Translations under genes and position numbers: made by a program
Origin: Veleropilina oligotropha
Lineage: Eukaryota
Reading direction: 5' to 3'
Assembly: GCA_048128005.1 (NCBI GenBank)
Contig: JBEUKZ010000131.1
Location: 248,001 to 312,000, forward strand
Length of the DNA: 64,000 nt
The notes under the pieces: model-generated
What the model saw: only the letters and a program-made list of their open reading frames with translations
Told to the model about the DNA's origin: nothing
The model's database searches: none
Shown here: positions 13,901 to 25,900 of the stretch, piece after piece
Numbering within the stretch: the stretch's first letter is position 1
Layout of the letters: the number at the start of each line of letters is the position of its first letter

Positions 13901-16900
13901 TCGTTTAAATGAATGGTCCACATCGTCATTCGAGATAAATAGTTTATATGTTAGTAAATATTTCAGATTCATTGGATGCTGGATAACATGGAATTACCAG
14001 ATGATGACCGTTATCGTACGTCGATCTCGAAGGATGTCCACATGTACCACATATCCCTGCTCATCAAGGACATCAAACCGGAGGATGCGGGCGTCTTCAA
14101 AGTGGTCACCACAAACCCACGTGGACAAGACACCATGAATGTGTCGCTTATCGTTAATAGTAAGTTTGTGTATTTGTATTTATCTATCTATATATATAAA
14201 AGAGTAGAGTCTGTCTGTCTGTCCGCTATCTCCTCCGTAACTACTGGTCCGATCTTCACCAAAGTTTGCATGTCAACTAAAGGTACCCAGGGGATGTTCT
14301 TGGCCGCAAAAAAAATTTAAATTTTGAAGGAAAAAAACAACATTTAATTTTTAATTTTAGGCGAAAATATAAATTTTGCAAAATTTTATGCAATTTGTAG
14401 TTGCCGCAAAATAAAGCAAAAAATTGGTAATTAATATGAGGGGCGAAGCCTCTCCACTTGGGGCCATAGGCCCCACGACGCTGAATTAGAGCTCCCGAAG
14501 GGAGCTCAATTCAGCTAGTTATATATATAAAGCTAAAATTATTAAGTTTCTTATATTGTCGAACCTATTTTGATTTTACAATTTATAAATTTTGAGCATA
14601 GCATATTAGGTTGAAAGATATATGTTATATGTATAATTTACATGAACCACAAAATCTTTAGGGAATGTTTACTTCATGCTTCTGGCACCTCATTTACCAC
14701 TATTGTCGTGAAGATGTGTGATTCAAATTGAATGTTCTGTTTCACCATTTTGCAGAGAAACCTGAACCAGAACAAGTAGATTTCAGAGATAAACTCACAA
14801 CAGAAGTGTAAGTATAATTAGTGTGTTTAAATTTTATGTTGTTCAACATTGGATCTTTGAAATATTTGTATTCAGTATGAGTAATTTTACATTGCGGGCA
14901 CATCAGCCAGCTTGCGGTCCTCCTTTGTGTGTAGTTCAGGTCAACGAGGTCCTTCCATTCGCCTGCTGCCTTTCCTGCATTGCTATACATAAGCATGAAA
15001 CATGTACATGTATCTGTGTCATCCTGTTAGTGCATGTTAAGAGTACGGATTTCAGAAGGAATATTTATGTAAAGAATAAGAAACTTCATTGTTCAATGTT
15101 TCATTTGTGTTGGATCTTTGTGAAGATAAAGCTTTATACATGCATGCATCCATCCATACACACACATAACTAGTATAGCTGCAATACATTGGAACATAGT
15201 AATTTGTGTATAGCTTTCTGTGTCGTAAGCATTTCTGATTATTTGTGCTGCATGCTATGTTGATTGTGCAATCTGCATGTTTTGCATGTCGCAGGAAAAC
15301 AAAAGTTGATGTTCGCTACAATGTTGAGCAAGTTGATTTCCGAAGTTTGCTGAAGAAATCATCAATAAAATCAAAGTGAGTTTGTTGTTAGATGGAACAT
15401 TGACTGAGACCAGAAATTTTGTCTACACCTTTAAAATTTATGGTTTACAGCTTTGTCATGTAAACGTTTTATGTCTCCCCTACCCTGTGGAGAGACATAT
15501 TGTTTTTGTACTGTCCGTCCGTCTGTCTGTCACGCTTTGGTTTCCGGATGATAACCACCGTTCCATTCAGCGATTAAGCTCATATTTGGTACACGGGTTG
15601 CTTATGAGGAGAGGTCGCTTGGGATTTGCTTTCTGGATGATGACTACTGTTCATACTTAGCGAACATGTTCATATTTATCAGGCAGGATGCCTAGCAGGA
15701 TAGGACCCTTGGGATTGCATTTGAGGTCAATCGCTTAAAGGTCACATGACCTGTTGCTAAAAATAGAATTTGGATTGCGATTTGCTTTCCTGTTGATAAC
15801 TACTGTTCATATTTAGCAATGTTGGTCAGGTTGTCTATGAGGAAAGAATGTTTGGGATTGCGCTGGAGGTCATTCGATCAAAGGTCACTTGAACTGTTGC
15901 TAAAAATCGATTTTTTCAGAAATTTGATTGTGATTTGTTATCCATACAGTTACTACCGTTTCTTATTTAGCAGGCAGGTTGCATATATATGAAGAAATGT
16001 TGCTTGGACTTACATTTGAAGTCAAAGGTCACATGACCTGTTGCTAAAAATAGAATTTCAAGCAGGGGAGACATTCCTGTTATTGTGGACAATAACAACA
16101 GCTAGTTTTGCAATGTTCCTGTATGCTATATCATTACATTTAAAACATGCATATTCAACATGAGAAGACTTCTTTTAATATTGTTTATTGCTGCTGTCTT
16201 CTGGTTGGAATAAAACCTGTATCTTAAGTCTGTTGCAATATCTCAGTCATTGTGTATGTAGATAAATGTTGTTTCTGCCTGGGAATCTGAAGATTTCTTA
16301 TGTTTAGTATTATTAAACTATTTAACATTGCTTTGTGGTAAGTCAATCAAGCCGGTGTCATATGGTATTTTGACCCCATGGTAAAACGACCCGCGGGTCA
16401 CTTTATCATATGGTCAAATGACCCGCGGGTCATAATTCTGATATGGCCAAACGACCTACCATATGGTAATGTGACCCGGGTCAAAATTTGACTATGGTGA
16501 AGTGACCCAGGTCAATTTTCTAAATTTAATGTTGTTATAGATGGTTTAATCAATATTTATTTATGGAAAAAGTTAAAATATATCTAATGACATTACAAAA
16601 TAATCAAATAAGGTGATTAAGCAACAGGACTAGCCTATTCAAGTCTTTTCGCCAAGAAATATTAAAGAAAATGCACAAATATACAAGTGACGATAGGCTA
16701 CAAATAATATTCTATATTCCATATCGTGTTCTACTTCATATAATTAGACAATCAAGCATAAATATTAATTGTGTTGGATAATGTCTTGATATTAGGAATT
16801 GTTTTGGTTATTATAACGGGATGTAAAGATTTGCAATGAGCACCCAGGTATGTTTCAATTTATATATGACAATTAATATGATGTAACGACGTTTCTCTAT

Positions 16901-19900
16901 TCTTTAGTTGGTTTAAATAAGTAAGTGACATACATAAATATGTAATAAGTGGAGGATTTAGCATCAACCTACTTAAAACTTAAATTTTATATCTTAATTA
17001 ATATATATGAATTATTAGTATAATAATGTGTGTGTGAAAGATAAATTGGTAGCAATTCTCTATATATTTTTAATATTATAAGTACATGTATGTTATGTTG
17101 ATATTTCGTATCATTGAAAATATAATTAAACACATTTTAGTGTAATTGTCTTGTGGCTATATCAATATTGCACTAAAGATCTTCAAACATTGACGGTTTA
17201 ACACTAATAATGACTTTGACGAAACAATACACACTTGTGAAAACATTGACTTTATTGCTTTGTAATTAATTCCTATACAATATCAACAGTTTCAAGTCTG
17301 CAATGTCATTGTATTAAAGCTGAAACAGTCTTGTGCTATTTACAATTTAGATAATATGGATTACAAAGAAAGTTGCTAAGTCTCAGGTGTTCTCTCATAA
17401 TCCTTTTAGTCAGTCATTGAACTGTTGTATATCTTTTTTATTAGTAGTCTCAGATATTTTATATTGATTTGTGAATTGGAGCAAATATTTAGCAATTCAA
17501 TACATGGCAATTTAGATATTAGGACTCTTTTACTGTTATATGTACCTCATTTGGCTACAAATTATCATCCAATGTGTAAATTAAATAATATCAATTCAGC
17601 ATTAAGTGATGCGTTTAATAACTTTTACATTATAAATTAATGTAATAACCTTTAGTATATAACAATTGTAGAATTTATAGTAGTTATAACCATGTAATGT
17701 AGGTATTTATTTTCTTGCTAAGTAGAGATCTGTGTGGTGAACCTTAAATTCTTTTACGAACAGTTCACGCAAAAATAACAATATTAAAGTGTTCTTCTCT
17801 TTACAATTTTCTGCTTGTAAAAATTCATTTTCCTGCTTTTACTTAATTTGCACCTACCGTTTACTGTTGCTGATTGTATATAGAGATTATTGTTTTGCAT
17901 CATTCTTTATTATTATTACTAGCATTGGTACCCGTCTTCGCCGGGTAAGTCCCCCCAGGCCAAATTTTTTTTTTTTTTTTTTGGATAGTGCACCCTTTTT
18001 TTTTTTTTTTTTTTTTCTCGATTATATTAAAAATGATAGTAAATGTTTTTTTTTTTGGCGAATTTTCCGATTTTTTTTCGTGGTAAACCTTCCTTGGGGG
18101 ACCCCGATTAACCCCCCAAAGTTTGAAGGTCCTAGGTCAAAGCGTCTGGGAGGAGTTCAACTTGAAACAGACAGACAGACCCGCATACAATTATAGCTCC
18201 ATTATATTAAGATAATATATTTTATGTTACAAATCTGGTGTTTCGTCTTATTTCTAGTTGAACAGCATACATTTAAGGTAATGCCATAAAGGCTGAAAGC
18301 TTTATACCAAAGTAGGATATAAAGAAATAACAGAACGTAAACATTTTAGAAATGATTTCAACAATATTTTTCACAATATGGAATGAAATGGAATAAAATT
18401 AGTGGATGCTCATCAGATTACAACAGAAAGTGATCAGAGTCATAATATCATATTAGAACAGTGATCACAGTTATTGCAGCATAGCAGAAAAGCAGCCATG
18501 AGTTATAATACCATAACAGAAAATCGACCCGGGTCATAATACCATAGCAGAAAATAGACCCGGGTCATAATACCATAGCAGAAAATAGACCCGGGTCATA
18601 ATACCATAGCAGGGGAGGAATTATGCTTAATGTCCTGTATATTTATAACATCGAGGTTCAAGGCAGGACATGTCTGTGTTATCGCGGGAGGAAAGCCCGG
18701 TCGCCGGGTAAACCCGCCCTCTTCGGCCAGTCACGGACAACTGTGCTTCATAACTTGAACAAATGTGTGCTGCCTCAACCGGGGGTCGATCCCACTACTG
18801 TTCGCGTCAGCGGAAACAAGCCAGTGAATTTAGAGCGGACACTCTACCCACTGCGCTACCGAAGCGGCCTCCATAGCAGAAAATAGACCCGGGTCATAAT
18901 ACCATACGGGTCGTTTCACCATACGAGGGGGGGGTCATTTTACCATAGGGCGGGTCATAATACCATAGCGGTGAAATGACCCGCGGGTCACTTTACCACG
19001 CAGGTCATAATACCATCTGACACCGGCTTCATTTCCTGTGAATCATTTGATTTGAAAGTATGTATTCGCAGATGGAAGGTTTGTTCCTTTTGGTGATATT
19101 CCCAACATAATTGTTATAAGGTGTGTTGTGCTCATCATGCATTCTGTGATTATAGTTTATTTGATACTGTACATGCGGTGATGATAATGATATTGATGCT
19201 CAGGTTTAGAATGTTTATGTATTTGTCAACATTTCAATATCAGACACAACCAAATAATTCAAAGGATTAATATATTGGCATCTTCACATAAATATATAAA
19301 TAATTTAAAAGCACTCTGGGAAACTGTGTTTATCTTATATGATGTTTGAATTGATATATAAACAAGAACGACGCGTTCGAAATATGTCTTGACCTTTCTT
19401 TATTTCCCTCAAATTTTCATAACAGTGAATACAATGGCTAAGTGCAAGTACTTCATGGCTGAATTTACTACCCCGTCGAATGTGACGTCACCCAAATGAC
19501 GATTAATCTAAAGCGACGTCATAATGACGTCATTGCTATTTGTTTGCAATGTTAGACATCAGTTACATACGAATATGGATAAAAGTGTTCAATAAATGCA
19601 TATTTTTGCAAAATTGTGTCGCGAAAGTTATATACACGACCTACAAATACTCTTGGGAATGTGTGTACCAATTTTGGTGAAAATTGAGCGGGTAGTTTTC
19701 AAATAAATCGACGGATATATATATATATATGTATATATGTATATATATATATATGTATATACACACGGACCATTTGATAATGTCTTGTCCTTTTTTACAA
19801 AAAGGTCAAGACATAAAAATGACAACACCATATAACTTGAAATTTTTTTTTCTTCAAATTTTAGCATTTCCAATTATTAGCAAGGATTATTATTATTTCG

Positions 19901-22900
19901 TTTATTACATATTTCATTAGGATCTTGTTTAAAAAAATTGTGTTTTATTTGTTTCCCCAGAGTTTATACTTGTATTATATTGTAGGAAATTCACACTGGA
20001 CCAAGAACCAGAAGCTGAAATTGAGGAAGAACAGCCGGAGGCAGAACAAGTGGATTTCAGAGACGTCCTGACTAAGCGTGTTATCGAGGTGAGATCATTA
20101 TTAAAGTTTTCTAAATATAAAGGATGACCAAGCATGTTGACATTGAGGTGAGATCATAATTAATGTTATGTAAATAATAAGGATCATCAAATGTGTCACC
20201 ATTGAGGTTGGATCGTCATCCACTCACGTTCAACAGCATACCTTCGGATTTGTCACGTCTGATAAAAATCTATAACGGGTTGACCCTACCTGTTGTAACA
20301 AACCAGAATTCACAGTAACAAGTAATCCAAATCACCTTCTATATATTTGTACATAGTTACTTAAATATCTTATTGCATTAACTATAAGTTTGTTTTAATT
20401 CTTACTCACAGATTGAAAAACCAGATGAAGTTGCTCCCGAGATCGTCATACCTATTGAAGATGTTACCGTCCAAGAGGGCGAGATGGCCCGATTTAAGTG
20501 CAAGATTAAGGGCCGGCCAATGCCCGACATTTTGTGGAAATTTGATGACCAACCAATCAAGGAAGGCGATATCTACAAGATTCAGCCTGGGGAGGACGGA
20601 GAATGCACGCTTATCCTGCCAGAAGCATTCCCGGAAGATGCTGGGCGATACACTGTGAAGGCTATCAACCCCAGCGGCACCATCGAATGCTCGGCAACGC
20701 TTCATGTCCAGGGTAGGTACTTGAGACTAATGGAAGAGAGATGCATGGTGTTAAAACCTGTTAACCAATATTTTAACAGAGACATTAAAACGAGGGGTTG
20801 ACTACAATATGACTGTAAAATTGCTAAAACTTTATGATGAAATTGGCCATCATATCCAGTCATTGTCATTGCAGTGTTGAACTATATATGTCATAATGAA
20901 TCCTGACTGTTATCTCACATCTTGCCATCCGTGAATTAATTTTCATATTAGTCAATGTGCTGGTGCCACTTAATGAATTGCTATGCCATTTAATTTCAGA
21001 GTTAATATCCGAGACGAGTTCTGTCAGTTCCAGAAAAGATGAAGAAGTTGAAGAACCTACTGTTGGAGATGCAGAAACGGCTGCTATCACCATACAGTCA
21101 GCCTTCCGGGGATTCAAGGTCAGAGTTATAGTTGACAGAATGTGTTGGCTTTATTATTATACAACAGTGGATGCACATGTCATACAAATGTAAGACATCT
21201 GAAATTATCAATAGGCTTATTTGTTGTTAAAATATTGAAAGCCTCACACATATTTTCTTGAAAGATATAAGCATAATTATCATAAAAAACACATGTATGC
21301 ATGTTTCTATCAACACTTTTGACATGTGATTTTTCTGCATTATATAATGACAATATGCATCTGTAAGCCTTTCTTCTTTATAATATAATTTTCGTCATAA
21401 AACGCATACATATATACATATTGAACAGTTTTTCGCAAAACTGTTGACATGTGAATTTTCTGTTTTATGTATCGTCAATACGTATCTGTATTTCACATCA
21501 TGGTCATCTGTCATCTGATTTCTTGTGTATAGGCCAGAGAGCAGGTGAAATACATCCGACAGCAGTCTCAGCTGGAACAGACTGAAATCACATTGGATGT
21601 CATCACTGACGAGGAACCAATCAGTGAAGAGATCACACTGAATGTCATCACAGACCAGGAACCAATCAGTGAAGAGATCACACTGGATGTCACTGACCAG
21701 GAGCCAATCAGTGAGGAGATCACGCTGGATGTCATCACGGAGCAGGAGCCAATCAGTGAGGAGATTACATTGTCTGAAACCATCACTGTTGATGAAGAAC
21801 CCGAGGTAGGCAATATCATTACATATAATTATATAAATATTCAATACATTTCAAGTTCCGGCTATCTTTCAATAACGTATTTTAAATTAAAGTATATCAA
21901 TCATTTTGTGGCAGCTAACAGAGTCAATTTCTCCAGTAAACTTTCAGTATAATTAGGTATTATGATATGTGTATCTCATTTATATTTTAAATATTTGTAT
22001 TGGTGAGAAGTGTAATCTTCAAAAGAAGCTAATTATTCACTTCTAATTTGACAAAGTAATTACTGGATCTTCTACAAAGCTTCAAAGTTTTTATCGTTGC
22101 ATGTCCACATTGCATGTACATCTGTATTGGTTGTTGTACTATTGCATTATTTTACCCTAAGAACACTTGAACTTCTTTATCAAAATTCACAATTTGTTAT
22201 TTTTTTGTAGTTTATTATGAAAAGTTTCACTTCTCAAATAAAAATTTGTAATCATATGTATGTCTTGTAATTTCTACACAATTAATTTTATGGAACACAA
22301 GAATTTTACAAGGAAATAATAGTAATTACCTAGGTTCCAAGAATTTGTCGTAATTACTACATTAATATTTTCATTTGGAGATCAATTTTATTACACAGCT
22401 GCAGCTATTATTTTGGATTATAAGGCATACATATGCAAGCTTTTAATTATTATACATTATTTAATACAGTAGCAAAGAGTAATTTAGACAATGTACACTA
22501 AATGCTGAGGTTCAAGTGTTGTTGATTTCTTCATGGTCACAAGTGATGTTTTGTTATTACTAACCATGTTATTTTGTCTGCTATTTTGCTTTCATAACAG
22601 TTGTTCACATGCTGTTAAAAAGAGCTTCTTATTTTAAAATGATTTTGGGTGATTAATAAATATATCTAATATGCTTCTGATGTCCAAATTGACCCAATAA
22701 CTGTTGCTGAATTTGCACTCCACGTTAATCATTTCTTTTTGTTCTAATGTCACCCTATGAATAACAAATTTGAAATATAACCATGAACTGGAGCTTATAG
22801 TTGTAAATAAAATTGGAGTTATGTGTAGTAAATTTTCCTTTTAATGAAAGAAAATGTAACAAGCATGTTGTACACACAATTGAGACCGCTAAATGTCGGA

Positions 22901-25900
22901 CTAATTTGTTCGCAAGTAAGCTAAATTCATATCAATTATAAATGTTATTCCATATAGGTAGATATGTTTATAAATAAATCAAATAATTACTTTTTATGAA
23001 GGAAGATACGAATATTGACGCATAACAAAACTGAAAAATGATTTACTTTGTCGTTGTAATTATGTGAGAGGAAAGAAAGTTCTAGCCGCACACAGTCTGC
23101 TGCATAATTCGATCAGGAAAATTGTTTTTATCAGGAATGGTATTCAATACTAACATGTTATTTGTATTTTATTATGGATTTGAATTCAATAATATTAATT
23201 TTGTATTTAAAGGATTTGACTTTTTCTAATTCATGTTACCAGAGTTTAATATTGATCACTTGTGACCATGTACATTCTGCATGATTTAGCCTAATATCTA
23301 ATATAGAGCATGTATTTGTTTACCCTACCTAACAGCACTGTAACCTACCAATCAGCATGACCCAACAACCGCCGCTTTGCATGCATGTAACCTCCCGCCA
23401 CAAACGATATTCTCGCACGGCACGTCTGTTAAAGACTGACATTGAGTACGCTCTGTTGAAGGCGGAGATAATCCCAGCTGCCAAGGAACCCAGTGATGTA
23501 CAGTCTGAAATCTCAATGGAGGAAACACCAGCAGAATCTATTGATATAGAAACTGAGTTCTCGATGGATCAAATCCCAAAAGATGAACCTGAAGATGTAG
23601 CCACAGAGGTTACTTTTACTGAAGACACAGATGAACCAACAAGTGATGTGCAAGAAGACTTCACACCAAAGCAACCAGAGGAACCGTTGTTTGTCGAAAT
23701 GATCCCAGCTGCCAAGGAACCCAGTGATGTAGAGTCTGAACTCTTATTGAAGGAAACAATAGCAAAATCTATTGATATAGAAACTGAGTTCTCGGTGGAC
23801 CAAATTCCGAAAGATGAACCAGAAGATGTAGCAACAGAGGTTACTTTTACTGAAGACACAGATGAACCAACGAGTGATGTGCAAGCAGACTTCACACCAA
23901 AGCAACCAGAGGAACCATTGTTTGTCGAAATGATCCCAACTGCCAAGGAACCCAGTGATGTAGAGTCTGAACTCTTAATGAAGGAAACACCAGCAGAATC
24001 TATTGATATAGAAACTGAGTTCTCGGTGGACCAAATTCCGAAAGATGAACCTGAAGATGTAGCCACAGAGGTTACTTTTACTGAAGACACAGATGAACCA
24101 ACGAGTGATGTGCAAGCAGACTTCACACCAAAGCAACCAGAGGAACCTTTGTTTGTCGAGGAAGAACGTCTACCAGATGATATTGAAGTGGAGACCATTG
24201 CAGAGGAAATACCTGCTGAAGATACTCCACAGGAGGTAGTTTTTGAAAGCACAATTCAACAAGAGGAGCCGAGTGATGAGGAACTGGGTGCAGTATATGA
24301 GATGCCTGATGCCCATCAAGACATATCTGATGAGACAACATTTACTGAAATGATGGAAGAATTTGTCACCGATGAGGTTGTAGCGGACATTTCAAGACAA
24401 TTTCAAGAAGAAATTTTAATTGAGCAAACAGTTGAGGATGAAGGTGAAGATATTACAGCAGAATTATCAATCAAAGAAAAATTAGATGATATACCACAGA
24501 CTGTGTCAGCTGAGACTACATTATGGGGAAGCATTGAGGATCAGCCTACAACTGAAGATGCAGAACTGGATGTCACACTGACACAACCTCAAGACCAAAT
24601 CTCAGACGACCAAATGCCAGAGGAAAAATCAGAAGACGAGGAAGTATATGTCCTTCAAGATATGGTTTCACAAGCCATAGTTGAAACAACCGTAGATGAG
24701 CAACCTACCATTGAAGAGGTTGAAACAGATATCTCATTAACTCGGGTAACTCGTGATGAGCCAACAAGTGATGTCGCAGGTGAAATTACTCTGGAAACAA
24801 AGATGGATGACATACCTTTACAAGTCGCCACAGAAGTTACCTTTGAACAAGTTGACGATCTGTCAATAAGGGAAGGTGTTAACGCTCACTTCATGTTAAA
24901 ACAACCTCAAGAAAAAGTACCTCTAGAGGAAATTGTGGAAGAAATAACCAGCAAGGAAATTGAACCTGTAAAAGGCATTGTTGCACGTATATCGCATGAA
25001 GTGACATCAGATGATGTTTGTGAGGCAGCAACTGCTGAAACTGCCTATGCCGAAACGGCAGATGAAGAAATTATCGTCGAGGAAGTTGAGGCGGATGTAC
25101 CGAGACAACCTGATGCTGAAAGTACAAGAGCACAAACCATGGAGGAAGAAACATTCCAGGCAGTTGTTCGCGAGCAAGAGGTTGTTGATGAGGTGTCTGC
25201 TGATTTCACACTGAGCAAGCAGAAAGAGATCATACCAGAGGATGAGTCAGCTGAAGCCACTATTGACGATGAAATGGAAGATCAACCTGCTGATGTTGTT
25301 GCCGATTTTGCTTTAGATGAGGAAGATCTTCACATTACTGAGGATGTGACCACCGAAATGACATTAATACAGCCAAAGGAAGGCATACATGATGAACACA
25401 TGCCAGAAGAAATGTCAAGTCAACTGATGGAGCCCATTGTTGATGTAGCAGCAGAAATACCACTTGACGATACACAAGACAATGTTCTGCAGGAAGTATC
25501 TGCAGAAATTGCATTGACAAATAAAGAGGAAGAAGTACTATTGTTAGAGATTGAGGCAGGTATCCCGAGCCAGCCTGAAGAACAGATAGCTTTTACAGAA
25601 ACTCCTTCACAGAAAACTGTTGATACTATTGTTGAACAACAGGAAATTTTGGAAGATACATCTGCTGAAATATTCATCCAGGCAAAGGCAGAGGATGTCC
25701 CTCAAGATGTGGAGGCCGAGATCACATTAGGAGAAAGTTCTGAGGAAGGAGAGATTAGTGATGTTGAAGCTGACATTACATTAGCTGAATCTCAGAAGGA
25801 AGTCTTGATTGAAGATCAAACTCAACCACATTTAGTAGAAGAAATACCGCAGGATGACAAATCTGAAGAATTTACAAATGAAATATCATTGATACAAACA

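Larger units (their letters stand above)
16349..19029. mobile_element. About 2.7-kb non-autonomous TIR DNA transposon with subterminal gaccc(gc)gggtca repeats; hosts nested Helitron and SINE
   Basis: Left aagccggtgtcatatggtattttgacc vs right ggtcataataccatctgacaccggctt; 31-bp subterminal repeats at 18480-18610 and 18871-18905. No TSD recognised. Confidence 0.8.

Noticed and set aside
18770..18870. tRNA-like sequence (also near 50950-51021 and 61400-61490)
   Set aside because: A/B boxes are present but there is no proper cloverleaf; each is attached to a SINE body and tail.
18480..18960. 31-bp direct repeats resembling a CRISPR array
   Set aside because: Head-to-tail with no unique spacers, eukaryotic intron context; they are transposon subterminal repeats.
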